Below are positions 39,284 to 48,672 of a DNA stretch of 64,000 nt, in pieces. Where the stretch lies: positions 18,854 to 82,853 of the forward strand of contig CALJAM010000005.1 in assembly GCA_938027685.1 (NCBI GenBank), written 5' to 3'. Position 1 is the stretch's first letter. Each line of letters begins with the position of its first letter. The notes under the pieces were generated by a model. It searched no databases. It worked only from the letters and a program-made list of their open reading frames with translations, and was not told the origin of the DNA. The position numbers and the translations under genes were made by a program. Source of the stretch: an uncultured Bryobacteraceae bacterium. Its GTDB lineage: Bacteria > Acidobacteriota > Terriglobia > Bryobacterales > Bryobacteraceae.

Positions 39284-39748
39284 ATGTTTGATTCCTTCCG
39301 GCTCGCTCTGGGGGACGACGAGCGGGACGACATGGATTACGAGGACGAGAGCATCGAGTTCGACACGGACCCTGAGGAATGGGGTCCGGACGAGGACGAA
39401 GAAGAGGAGTTCGACGAGGAAGAGGAAGAGTTCGAGCCAGAATCCATCCCTGTCGAGGAGGAAAGTACCGTGCCCGAACCTGAAGCGCCTGAGAGCATCG
39501 CACCTGCTGAGGCTCCGTCTGAACCGGCCGCGGCCGAGGAAGCAGCGGCCGCGCCGGAACCGCCCAAGAAGCCGGCGGTGAAAGCCGCTCCCAAGAAGGC
39601 GGCCAAGAAAGCTCCGGCCAAAAAAGCGGTGAAGAAGGTTGCCAAGAAGGCGGCCAAGAAGACAGCCAAGAAGGCCGTCAAGAAGGCGGCGAAAAAAGCC
39701 GCGAAGAAGGCTCCGGCCAAGAAAGCCGCGAAGAAGTCACGCCGGTGA
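39284..39748 (+). CDS. histone H1-like lysine/alanine-rich protein with strongly acidic N-terminal half
   Basis: The N-terminal region of about 70 aa is rich in D/E (DDERDDMDYEDESIEFDTDPEEWGPDEDEEEEFDEEEEEFEPE). The C-terminus consists of AKKA/VKKA repeats. A strong RBS is present. Confidence 0.75.
   Translation: MFDSFRLALGDDERDDMDYEDESIEFDTDPEEWGPDEDEEEEFDEEEEEFEPESIPVEEESTVPEPEAPESIAPAEAPSEPAAAEEAAAAPEPPKKPAVKAAPKKAAKKAPAKKAVKKVAKKAAKKTAKKAVKKAAKKAAKKAPAKKAAKKSRR
39562..39745 (+). repeat. degenerate tandem codon repeat (GCC AAG AAG GCN units) encoding AKKA repeats
   Basis: Roughly 12-nt units recur, for example gccaagaaggcg and gccaagaagaca. They encode KKAAKKAPAKKAVKKVAKKAAKKTAKKAVKKAAKKAAKKAPAKKAAKK. 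Confidence 0.6.
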
Positions 39749-39782
39749 GCGCGGCTCGGGGCGGGCAGCGCGGCCGCCTTCC

Positions 39783-39992
39783 TCAGTCGCCTAGCAAGGC
39801 CCGGCAGCGCTGGAAGAGCTCGAGCAGAGCGTCGGCGTATTCTTCCGCCGAACGCGCCGGTTTCCCCGTATAGCCGGCCGCTGGCGCGGTCTTGCCGTAG
39901 CCGGTGGTCACGGCAATGAACTTCATCAGCTCCAAGGCGATCTCATCCTTGGAGCGAAGGGGAAACACGACGGCTGGTGTCTCTTGGCTCAT
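39783..39992 (-). CDS. small hypothetical protein (69 aa)
   Basis: ATG at 39992 is preceded by AAGGAG. The protein is MSQETPAVVFPLRSKDEIALELMKFIAVTTGYGK...EEYADALLELFQRCRALLGD. It is divergent from the HipA-like kinase gene. I recognise no family. Confidence 0.45.
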   Translation of the reverse strand: MSQETPAVVFPLRSKDEIALELMKFIAVTTGYGKTAPAAGYTGKPARSAEEYADALLELFQRCRALLGD

Positions 39993-40120
39993 TCGTGACG
40001 GTCTCCTTAACCAAATCCTGGTGCGTCCTTGGCGGCGTCGGTAACGGCCCGTGCCTTCAAGCTGTTGAGGGCCTAAACCCCGGCCTTCGGACACGTGATC
40101 AATAGCTTACCGCATCCGTC

Positions 40121-40939
40121 ATGCCCCTCGAGGCCCGGCGTTTGATCCGCAGGATGCGCGGTGGAGCGCAGGCGCACCTCCTCGAAGCCGAGGACGGACA
40201 TTTCTACGTGGTCAAGTTCAGCAACAATCCCCAGCATCGGCGCGTGCTGGTCAACGAGCTCATCGCGGGTGTGGTGATGGAGTACCTGGGTCTCTCGGTT
40301 CCCGCCATGCGAATCATCTCGATCACGGAGGACTTCCTCGAGCGCCATCCCGAGGCTGCCATCCAGTGGGGCGGGCAGCGGCTCCGACCTGCGCCCGGCT
40401 GGCACTGGGGCTCGCGCTATCCTGGGCATCCCGACCACGTCACGGTTTACGACTTCCTGCCGGACGTTTTGTTGCGCCGTGTCAGTAACCTGCGGGAATT
40501 CGCCGGCGTGCTTGCCTTCGACAAGTGGATGGGCAATGCCGACGGCCGCCAGGCCGTGTTCTTTCGGCAACGTGATAGCGCGGGCGCCGGTCCTTTCTTT
40601 GCGCTGATGATTGACCAGGGCTTCGTGCTGAACGGTCCACACTGGGACTTCCCTGACGCGCCCCTTCACGGCCTTTACTACCGGCCGACTGTGTACGAAC
40701 CCGTGACGGGATGGGAGAGTTTCCAGCCCTGGCTCGACCGCATCGTCCACCTACCCGAAGAGGTGCTGGATCGCGCCTACAAACAGGTGCCCCACGAGTG
40801 GATCCGCGGCGAAGAAGGTGCGCTCGAGGCCGTGCTGGAGAAACTGCTCGCGCGCAGGCGGAGGGTGCCCGACCTGATCGACGCATGCCGGAGGGCGAGG
40901 CCACAGTGGTTTCCGAACTGGCGCACCCCGCCCTTATAA
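40121..40939 (+). CDS. short HipA-like / PI3-4-kinase-fold kinase
   Basis: The N-terminus RRMRGGAQAHLLEAEDGHFYVVKFSNNPQHRRVLVNELIAG and the catalytic-loop-like FDKWMGNADGRQ resemble the stand-alone HipA family kinases. It lacks the long HipA N-terminal domain. Confidence 0.6.
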   Translation: MPLEARRLIRRMRGGAQAHLLEAEDGHFYVVKFSNNPQHRRVLVNELIAGVVMEYLGLSVPAMRIISITEDFLERHPEAAIQWGGQRLRPAPGWHWGSRYPGHPDHVTVYDFLPDVLLRRVSNLREFAGVLAFDKWMGNADGRQAVFFRQRDSAGAGPFFALMIDQGFVLNGPHWDFPDAPLHGLYYRPTVYEPVTGWESFQPWLDRIVHLPEEVLDRAYKQVPHEWIRGEEGALEAVLEKLLARRRRVPDLIDACRRARPQWFPNWRTPPL

Positions 40940-40950
40940 AATGGGGTGCC

Positions 40951-41808
40951 ATGCATCGCTACGTCCTGCACAACGACGAGATCCGGGAGGTTTCCAGCAG
41001 GATCCTCAGCCCCGGACAGGTCGGTTTGTTGGCGGGCTGGGGCGTCTTCAGCACGCTGCGGGTGCACCGGGGCGTGCCCTTCGCATACGAGAGACACTTC
41101 GAGCGGATGCGGCGGGACGCGGCCGCCCTACGGGTCCCCTTCCCCGACGATCCGGAATACATCCGCAGTCGGCTCCAACGGCTCATCGAGGCCAATGGGG
41201 CGCAGGAGGCTACGCTACGCGTGGCCGTGGTTCGCAATCTCGGGGGTGCCTGGCAGGGACCCGTGGATCGTCCATTCGATCTGATCGGTCTCACCAGCCA
41301 CCTGACGGATTGGGGCGAGAGCGTGCGTCTCGCTATCCAGCCGCAGGCGCGTCATGCCGCCTGCCCGCTGGCCGGCGTGAAGATGCTTTCGTGGGCCTTC
41401 AACCTGACGTGGCTCGAGCAGGCGCAGGAACGGGGCTACGACGAAGTGATCCTGCTCAACGAGCGGGACGAGGTCAGCGAGTGCACCTCGGCGAATATCT
41501 TCATTGCCATGGGAGACCGCGTCTACACGCCGCCGTTGAGCTCCGGCTGTCTGCCCGGCATCACGCGCGCCCTGCTGCTCGAAGAGATCCGGGTACCGGG
41601 GATCGTGGTCGAGGAAAAGACGCTCCGGTTGGAGGACCTCGCGGCGGCGGACGAGGTCTTCATCACCTCCAGCACGCGCGATCTGCTGCCGGTGCGCGAG
41701 ATCGAAGGCTTGAACATCCGGCGCGAGGGCCGCTGCCGGGCTGCGTTGGCGGAAGCATTCCGCCGTTACCTGGAAGAGTACACAGCGGCCCGCCTGGCGT
41801 CGCAGTGA
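40951..41808 (+). CDS. class IV aminotransferase (branched-chain/D-amino-acid/ADC-lyase family)
   Basis: ATG at 40951 gives MHRYVLHND. ECTSANIFIAMGDRVYTPPLSSGCLPGITRALLLE is the fold-type IV signature. Confidence 0.85.
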   Translation: MHRYVLHNDEIREVSSRILSPGQVGLLAGWGVFSTLRVHRGVPFAYERHFERMRRDAAALRVPFPDDPEYIRSRLQRLIEANGAQEATLRVAVVRNLGGAWQGPVDRPFDLIGLTSHLTDWGESVRLAIQPQARHAACPLAGVKMLSWAFNLTWLEQAQERGYDEVILLNERDEVSECTSANIFIAMGDRVYTPPLSSGCLPGITRALLLEEIRVPGIVVEEKTLRLEDLAAADEVFITSSTRDLLPVREIEGLNIRREGRCRAALAEAFRRYLEEYTAARLASQ

Positions 41809-41849
41809 CGACGCACCGCCACCCCGTGCAAATGCGCTACGCTGCGGCC

Positions 41850-43193
41850 ATGAACCGGGAAACAGCGAAAGAAGGCGCCCGCCACTTTTCGCGCCGCAGC
41901 CTGCTCGCGATGACGCCGTGGCTGTCGGCCACTCTTTCCGGGGCCTCCGCTCTGCGCGCGGCCACCTTCCGTTGCGACGTTACGCCCGCGGAGGGCGAGC
42001 CGTTGATCTGGACCGTGCCGCTCAGGAGCGTGCTGGACCCGCTGTGGGCCAAGGGCGTGGTGCTCGAGCAGAGTCGGCGCAGGGTCGTGCTTTGTGCGAT
42101 GGATTGGTGCGGCCTGGGCGGGGCTGCGTTTCGGGCCTTGCAGGATTCCCTTGCCAAGGCGGCAGGGGTACCGAGTGATCAGGTCATTCTCCATACCGTG
42201 CATCAACACGCAGCGCCCTACGTGGAAGGCGATGCGTACCGGCTCCTTCGGGAGCTCCCCGATCCGCCGCTGATGTACAGCGAGGACGGCATCCGGGCGC
42301 TGGCCGAGCGTCTGGGTGCGGCGGTGCGCGAGGCAGTGGGTCGCTGGCAGCCGGTAGACGAGATCGGCACGGCCGAGGTGCGCGTCCAGCGCGTGGCATC
42401 GTCGCGGCGCGTCTGGGACCAGGGCAAGTTGGTAGTGCGCTATAGCACGGGGGGCAAGGACCCCTACCAGGCTTCGTTGCCGGAGGGTCGGATCGACCCT
42501 TGGCTGCGCACGGTCAGCCTGGGCCGGCGGGGCGCGCCTTTGCTTCGGATGCACTTTTACGCCACGCACCCGCAGACCTTCTGCTGCGACGGACGGGCCT
42601 CGGCGGATTTCGTGGGCGAAGCGCGCGAGCGGGTGGAACAGGAGGAAGGCATTTTCCAAATCTACTTCACCGGCTGTGCGGGCGACGTCACCGTGGGCAA
42701 ATACAATGACGGCTCGGAGGCGGCGCGCCGGGGACTGGCCGAGCGGCTGGCGGCGGCGATGAGGGCTGCGGGCGCCGCGACCCGATGGCAGCCGCTGCGC
42801 GAACTAGGCGCGCGGACGCTGCCCGTGCGCTTGCCCGCACGCACGCCGGAGAAGCCGATCGACACCGAGGCCGGCGGCGAGCTACGCTACCGGATCGCAT
42901 GCGCCCACGGGTACGCCCAACGCCGGGAGCCTCTGTACGTCACCTGCCTGGCGCTGGGCAATGTGCGCATTCTGCATCTGCCGGGCGAGCCGTTGCTCGA
43001 ATTTCAGGAGTATGCCCGAGGGATCGGCGGCGCGCGCTTTGTGGCGGTCGCCGGTTACGGCGACATCGCGCCCGGCTACATCTGCCCCGACCGGGCCATC
43101 GAGGAAGGCGGGTATGAGCCCAGCGCATCGCACCTGGCGCCCGGCGCGGAGGCAATTCTGAAAGGCGCCATCTCGCAGCTGCTGGCGGCTTGA
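41850..43193 (+). CDS. Tat-secreted hypothetical protein, neutral-ceramidase-N-terminal-like (tentative)
   Basis: ARHFSRRSLLAMTPWLSA is a twin-arginine signal. CDVTPAEGEPL...DPLWAKGVVLEQSRRRVVLCAMDW...VILHTVHQHAAP resembles the ceramidase-like family layout. An alternative ATG lies at 41832. Confidence 0.55.
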   Translation: MNRETAKEGARHFSRRSLLAMTPWLSATLSGASALRAATFRCDVTPAEGEPLIWTVPLRSVLDPLWAKGVVLEQSRRRVVLCAMDWCGLGGAAFRALQDSLAKAAGVPSDQVILHTVHQHAAPYVEGDAYRLLRELPDPPLMYSEDGIRALAERLGAAVREAVGRWQPVDEIGTAEVRVQRVASSRRVWDQGKLVVRYSTGGKDPYQASLPEGRIDPWLRTVSLGRRGAPLLRMHFYATHPQTFCCDGRASADFVGEARERVEQEEGIFQIYFTGCAGDVTVGKYNDGSEAARRGLAERLAAAMRAAGAATRWQPLRELGARTLPVRLPARTPEKPIDTEAGGELRYRIACAHGYAQRREPLYVTCLALGNVRILHLPGEPLLEFQEYARGIGGARFVAVAGYGDIAPGYICPDRAIEEGGYEPSASHLAPGAEAILKGAISQLLAA

Positions 43194-43246
43194 GGTTTCC
43201 GGAAGGGAGTCGGATCGGTGCGCTAAACTCGTTGCTGACGCCCGCC

Positions 43247-44797
43247 ATGCGAAGGCTCTTTTTGCTGCTGGCTCTGTGGCCGCCAGCGCCGGCCCAGTAC
43301 GATCTCATCATCCGGAATGCCCGCGTCGTAGACGGTACGGGCAATCCCTGGTTTCGCGCCGACGTCGCCATCCGCGATGGGCGCATCGCCGCCGTGGGCC
43401 GCCTGGACCCGGCCGCCGCCACTCGCGTCGTGGACGCCGCAGGACGAATCCTGGCTCCAGGTTTTATCGACATCCACACGCACATCGAAGGCGCCATCGA
43501 GAAAGTGCCCGGGGCCGACAACTACGTGATGGACGGCGTCACCACCGTGGTCACCGGAAATTGCGGCGGTTCGTGGCCCAATCTGGCGGAGGCTTTCGCT
43601 CGCCTGGAGAATATCGGCATCGGGCTGAACGTGGCCTCCTTCATCGGTCACAACACGGTGAGACGCCGGGTGATGGGCGCAACGAATCGGGCCCCGACCC
43701 CAGAGGAGTTGACGCGCATGCAGGAGCTCGTCGAGCAGGGCATGCGCGACGGTGCCCTAGGACTCTCAACCGGGCTCATTTACATACCCGGCGCCTACGC
43801 CTCGACGGATGAAATCATCGCGCTCGCCCGCGTCGCAGCGCGCTATGGCGGGATCTACGCCAGCCACATCCGCGATGAGGGCGCCCGCGCCGTCGAGGCT
43901 ATCCAAGAAGCGGTGCGCGTGGGCCGGGAAGCGGCACTGCCCGTTCAGATCGCGCACTTTAAGATTGACAACCGCCGGCTTTGGGGCGCGAGCAGCAGAA
44001 CCCTGGCTCTCATCGAAAAGTCGCGTCGCGAGGGTGTGGATGTCACCGTCGACCAGTACCCCTACGATCGTTCGAGCACGGGCATCACGATCCTGCTGCC
44101 GGAGTGGGCTCTGGCGGACGGCCAGGAAAAAGTCAAGGAGCGGCTGGCCGACCCGGCCACTCGCAACCGCATCGCTCGGGAGATGGAGCGCAGGTTGAAG
44201 GCTCTCGGGCACAAGGATTACTCCTACGCCATGGTGGCCTCCTGTGAATTCGACCGCACGCTCGAGGGCAAGACCATCGACGAGATCGCGCGAACCCGCA
44301 AGGGGCGCGGCCTGCGCCGCCAGATCGAAACCATTCTCGAGATAGTCGAAAAGGGCGGCGCGCAGATGGTTTACCACTCGATGAGCGAGGAGGACGTAGT
44401 GCGGATCCTGCGACATCCCTTCACCGCGGTGGCCTCCGACGGCGGCGTGCGCGAGTTCGGCGTCGGCGTTCCTCATCCGCGTTCCTACGGCACTCGCGCC
44501 CGCGTGCTCGCCGAGTACGTCCGCAGGCGGGGCGTACTCAGCCTCGAGGATGCGGTAAGGAAGATGACGTCGCTGCCGGCACGCTGCGTCCGCCTGAGGG
44601 ATCGCGGCCTGGTGCGCGAGGGTTTCGCCGCCGATCTCGTGCTGTTCGATCCCGATCGCGTCCAGGATAGGGCCACCTTCCGTCAACCGCACCAATTCTC
44701 GGAGGGATTCGATCTGGTGCTGGTGAACGGCCAGGCCGTGGTCGAGAACGGGAAGCTCACGGGAGCACGGCCCGGGCGAATCCTGCGCCGCCCATGA
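43247..44797 (+). CDS. N-acyl-D-amino-acid deacylase (D-aminoacylase) family amidohydrolase
   Basis: A signal peptide is followed by YDLIIRNARVVDGTGNPWFRADVAIRDGRIAAVG...APGFIDIHTH, typical of D-aminoacylases. Confidence 0.85.
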   Translation: MRRLFLLLALWPPAPAQYDLIIRNARVVDGTGNPWFRADVAIRDGRIAAVGRLDPAAATRVVDAAGRILAPGFIDIHTHIEGAIEKVPGADNYVMDGVTTVVTGNCGGSWPNLAEAFARLENIGIGLNVASFIGHNTVRRRVMGATNRAPTPEELTRMQELVEQGMRDGALGLSTGLIYIPGAYASTDEIIALARVAARYGGIYASHIRDEGARAVEAIQEAVRVGREAALPVQIAHFKIDNRRLWGASSRTLALIEKSRREGVDVTVDQYPYDRSSTGITILLPEWALADGQEKVKERLADPATRNRIAREMERRLKALGHKDYSYAMVASCEFDRTLEGKTIDEIARTRKGRGLRRQIETILEIVEKGGAQMVYHSMSEEDVVRILRHPFTAVASDGGVREFGVGVPHPRSYGTRARVLAEYVRRRGVLSLEDAVRKMTSLPARCVRLRDRGLVREGFAADLVLFDPDRVQDRATFRQPHQFSEGFDLVLVNGQAVVENGKLTGARPGRILRRP

Positions 44798-46746
44798 TCC
44801 GGCTGGAAGCGGTCTCGAAGCGTTACGGTTCCAAGCTGCTCTTCGAGGGTGTGGACTGGCTGGTGAACCCGCAGGATCGAATCGGCCTCGTAGGTCCCAA
44901 CGGCTCTGGCAAGACCACTCTGCTCAAGATCCTGGCCGGAATGGAACCGCCCGATGAGGGGGCTGTGGTCGTCGCCAAGGGCATCAGTCGCGGTTACCTT
45001 CCACAGGAAGGACTCGTGTTGGCCGGACGGACGGTCTTCGAGGAATGCCTGAGCGTTTTCGAGGACGTGCGTCGGATGGGACGCGAGCTGGAGAGCCTCA
45101 GTCGACGCATGGCGGAGCTCGACCCGGCCGGCGACGAATACCGAGAGGCGGCTGAGCGCTTCGCTCGTCTGGAGGCCGAATATCGCCAGCGCGACGGCTA
45201 CGCCCTCGAAGCACGGGTGGGAACAGTGCTCTCCGGTCTCGGCTTCGCCCGGAGAGACTGGAACCGCCGCACCGAGGAGTTCTCCGGCGGATGGCAGGCG
45301 CGCATTGCCCTGGCCAAGCTGCTTCTAGCGCGCCCGAACCTGCTGCTTTTGGACGAACCCACGAATCATCTCGACCTCGAAGCCCGCAACTGGCTGGAAG
45401 ACTACCTGTCCTCTTACCCCCACGCCTTCGTACTCGTCTCCCACGATCGCTACTTCTTGGACGTGACCGTGAACCGCATTGTTGAGATCTGGAACCGGCG
45501 GTTGCACTTCTACGCCGGCAACTACTCCCGCTACCTGGAGGCGCGGCGCGAACGCATCGAGCAGTTGGAAGCTGCCGCCCGGCAGCAGCAGGAGCGCATC
45601 AAGCAGTTGGAGACCTTCATCAACCGCTTCCGCTACACGGCCTCCCGCGCGCGTCAAGTGCAAAGTCGCATCAAGGAACTGGAACGCATCCAGCGCATCG
45701 AAATTCCCCCTGAAGAGCCTCCGATTCGTTTGCGATTCCCGCAGCCTCGTCCCAGCGGGCGCATCGTGGCTGAAGCGCGCAATCTGGGCAAGCGCTACGG
45801 CGACCACGTGGTCTTCCGCGGGGTCGATTTCACCATCGAACGCGGCGACCGCATCGCGTTGATCGGCCCTAACGGCGCCGGTAAGTCCACGCTGATTCGG
45901 ATGCTGGCCGGTTTGGAGCCGCCCAGCGAGGGCGAGCTTCGGCTCGGGCACAACGTAGAGCCGGACTATTTCGCGCAGGACCAGTACAGGGAGCTGGATC
46001 CGCAAGTGCGGCTGCTCGACGATCTCAGCGCCCTGGCGCCCCGTAGCACGCAGACCGAGCTACGCACTCTGCTGGGCTGCTTCCTCTTTTCCGAGGACGA
46101 CGTGTTCAAGCCCATCGGCGTGCTCTCGGGCGGCGAGCGCAACCGCTACGCCCTAGCCCGCCTGCTGCTGCGGCCGTCCAACTTCCTCCTGCTGGACGAG
46201 CCCACCAACCACCTCGATCTGCGCGCCAAGGACGTGCTGCTCGAGGCTCTTCAGCAATACGAGGGCACGCTGGTCTTCGTCTCCCACGACCGCTACTTCA
46301 TTGACCGATTGGCGACGCGCATCTTCGAGGTGGGCGGCGGCCGCATCGAAACCTACCCGGGCAACTACGAGGCGTACCTCTGGCACAAGCAGCAGTCCCA
46401 GGAGCCTGCGGCCGAACGGGGCGCAGAAAGGGCAACCGGCGCAGGCGCCGCCGGGGAGCAGGCATCGCGCGAGGAGATCCCGGAGACGGTCCGACCCAAG
46501 CGTATCAATCCCATCCGTCTACGCCAAATGCGGGAGCGCTTCGAAGAATTGGAAGAGGAGATCGCGCGGCTGGAGGCTGAAATCGCCGAGACCGAGCAGG
46601 CACTTTCGGTTTTTGTCAGCGCCGAGCGAGCGCGAGAGCTCAACCGGCGCTGGCAAGCCCAGAAGTCACGTCTAGAGGAGGCCCTGGCAGAATGGGAGCG
46701 GCTGGGACAAGCCGTTGAGCAGGCCGAAGGGGCGGATGTATATTAA
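44794..46746 (+). CDS. ABC-F family ATPase (translation-associated)
   Basis: Two ABC cassettes (GPNGSGKTT, GPNGAGKST; LSGGWQ, LSGGERNR) with no TM domain. The C-terminus is a coiled coil. The start overlaps the upstream stop (ATGA). Confidence 0.9.
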   Translation: MIRLEAVSKRYGSKLLFEGVDWLVNPQDRIGLVGPNGSGKTTLLKILAGMEPPDEGAVVVAKGISRGYLPQEGLVLAGRTVFEECLSVFEDVRRMGRELESLSRRMAELDPAGDEYREAAERFARLEAEYRQRDGYALEARVGTVLSGLGFARRDWNRRTEEFSGGWQARIALAKLLLARPNLLLLDEPTNHLDLEARNWLEDYLSSYPHAFVLVSHDRYFLDVTVNRIVEIWNRRLHFYAGNYSRYLEARRERIEQLEAAARQQQERIKQLETFINRFRYTASRARQVQSRIKELERIQRIEIPPEEPPIRLRFPQPRPSGRIVAEARNLGKRYGDHVVFRGVDFTIERGDRIALIGPNGAGKSTLIRMLAGLEPPSEGELRLGHNVEPDYFAQDQYRELDPQVRLLDDLSALAPRSTQTELRTLLGCFLFSEDDVFKPIGVLSGGERNRYALARLLLRPSNFLLLDEPTNHLDLRAKDVLLEALQQYEGTLVFVSHDRYFIDRLATRIFEVGGGRIETYPGNYEAYLWHKQQSQEPAAERGAERATGAGAAGEQASREEIPETVRPKRINPIRLRQMRERFEELEEEIARLEAEIAETEQALSVFVSAERARELNRRWQAQKSRLEEALAEWERLGQAVEQAEGADVY

Positions 46747-46766
46747 AGGCAAATAAAAGGCGAAGC

Positions 46767-48020
46767 ATGGGTGAACAGACCCAGGACCTCCTCGCCCTTC
46801 TCAGGCGCAAGATCGAGCGCATCAACCGCAAGTATGCTTCGCCTGCGACCGCTGCCCAGCGTGCCGAAGCCGCACGCCCCGCCCGCTACTTCATCGAGCG
46901 TTGGATCTCGGGCCACGTTATCCAGACGCCGCGCGGGCAACACTTCGAAACCGAGCGGCTCTGGGAACGTCATCGCCGTCACGGTTCCATGGACGTGGGC
47001 GCCCTCACCGACTTGCCTCCGGATCTGCTCGATCGCCTCTCCGAGGGCGAGATTCCCTACTCCCCACCCGAACGTTGGGCCTTCCTGGATAGCGAGACTA
47101 CGGGCCTTGCAGGCGGCACGGGTACATACGCGTTTCTGGTGGGGGTGGGACGGATCACACCCGAGGGGTTCCGCATCCGCCAGTTCTTTATGCGCGACTA
47201 TAACGAGGAGCCCAGCCTGCTGTGGGCGCTCGGCGAGCACCTGCGCCAGTTCGAGGTGCTGGTCACCTACAACGGAAAGGTCTACGATCAACCGTTGCTC
47301 GAAACTCGCTACAGGCTCCTCCGCGCCACTCCCCCCTTCGATGGCATCCGTCACCTGGACCTGCTCTACGGCGCCCGCCGCCTTTGGAAGCTGCGGCTGG
47401 AAAGCTGCCGGCTCGTGGATCTGGAGTCGCAGATTCTGGGTTTCGAACGCGAAGGGGACCTGCCGGGCGAAATGATTCCTTACGTTTACTTCGAGTACCT
47501 GCGGACGCGCGAGGCCTTCCGCATCGTGCCCATCTTCCGCCACAACGCCCTGGACATCCTGAGCCTGGCTTGTCTGACAGGCATCGTCCCCTTCGCTTAC
47601 CGCTCTCCCGAGCAGGTTGCATTCACCCACGGGACGGACTTTCTGGGTTTGGCGCGCTGGATGCTGAAGACGGGCGACGTCGACCAGGCCCTCGGTCTGC
47701 TGCGCCGGGCCATCGAGCGAGGTCTGCCGGACGAGCTGCTCTTCCGGTCGCTCTGGGAGATGGCATGCCTGGAAAAGCGCCGGGGGAACGCGACCGCCGC
47801 CGTTGCACTGTTCGAAGAACTGGCGGGCTGCCGTAACCGCTATCAGGTTGCCGCTCTCACCGAATTGGCCAAGCACTGGGAGCACGTCGAGCGCGATTAC
47901 GCGCGGGCGCTCGGTTACACGCTGAGAGCATTGGAGATCGATCCGGTCCCGGGGCTCGAGCGCCGTTGCGAACGCCTACGACGCAGGCTCGCGACGGCGA
48001 CGACGCCGCGCCTGTTGTAA
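46767..48020 (+). CDS. RNase H-like / PolB-exonuclease-like domain protein with C-terminal TPR-like region
   Basis: WAFLDSETTGL carries the DEDD exo I motif. LVTYNGKVYDQPLL and FRHNALDILSLA fit the YprB-type exonuclease family. Confidence 0.75.
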   Translation: MGEQTQDLLALLRRKIERINRKYASPATAAQRAEAARPARYFIERWISGHVIQTPRGQHFETERLWERHRRHGSMDVGALTDLPPDLLDRLSEGEIPYSPPERWAFLDSETTGLAGGTGTYAFLVGVGRITPEGFRIRQFFMRDYNEEPSLLWALGEHLRQFEVLVTYNGKVYDQPLLETRYRLLRATPPFDGIRHLDLLYGARRLWKLRLESCRLVDLESQILGFEREGDLPGEMIPYVYFEYLRTREAFRIVPIFRHNALDILSLACLTGIVPFAYRSPEQVAFTHGTDFLGLARWMLKTGDVDQALGLLRRAIERGLPDELLFRSLWEMACLEKRRGNATAAVALFEELAGCRNRYQVAALTELAKHWEHVERDYARALGYTLRALEIDPVPGLERRCERLRRRLATATTPRLL

Positions 48021-48112
48021 AGGGGCCGCGTGCCCGGTCGGGGCACGGCGCACTATAATCGGATTTACGCTGGGAGGGAACGAAGGGACACAGCGGGGTT
48101 TCCCCGGTCGTC

Positions 48113-48643
48113 ATGAGAAGCCGCACGGTCGCGATCTTGCTGGCTTGGCTGCGCGATCTCCTGGTTTCGATCGTCATCGCCGCCATCTTCATCCTTTTCG
48201 TGTACCAACCGGTAAAGGTCGAGGGCACCAGCATGATGCCGGTGCTCGGTGACCAGGAGCGGATCTTCGTGAACAAGTTCATCTACCGGCTGGGGCTGAG
48301 TCCGATCCGGCGCGGCGATCTGGTGGTCTTTCGTTTTCCCGGGGATCCCGAGAGGTCCTACATCAAGCGCGTGATCGGCCTGCCAGGCGAGGTGGTGTCC
48401 ATCGAACGGGGCGTGGTGCTGATCAACGGCAAGCCGCTCGAGGAGGAATACGTGCCCCGGCAGTTCCGCGACGCTCGCGACATGCCGCCCGTGCGCGTGC
48501 AGCCGGATACGTATTTCGTGCTCGGCGACCACCGCAACTCCTCCAACGACAGCCGGAACTGGGGCCTAGTGCCGCGCGGCAACATTTACGGCAAGGCCGT
48601 TTTCGTTTACTGGCCGCTCGAGCGCCTGGGGCCGCTGCGTTAA
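48113..48643 (+). CDS. lepB: signal peptidase I
   Basis: VEGTSMMPVL (catalytic Ser), IKRVIGLPGE (Lys) and VLGDHRNSSNDSRNWG are the S26 boxes. Confidence 0.9.
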   Translation: MRSRTVAILLAWLRDLLVSIVIAAIFILFVYQPVKVEGTSMMPVLGDQERIFVNKFIYRLGLSPIRRGDLVVFRFPGDPERSYIKRVIGLPGEVVSIERGVVLINGKPLEEEYVPRQFRDARDMPPVRVQPDTYFVLGDHRNSSNDSRNWGLVPRGNIYGKAVFVYWPLERLGPLR

Positions 48644-48672
48644 TACCGCGGCGGTTGCGTTATAAAGCTCTT

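Noticed and set aside
40941-41831. First ~300 codons of the 750-aa ORF 40941..43193
   Set aside because: This part overlaps the class IV aminotransferase gene, which has clear family motifs, in another frame. A Tat signal peptide begins at 41850, marking the real N-terminus. Similar trimmed extensions are 3779..4045, 40711..40950, 14569..15036, 5155..5256 and 37169..37390.
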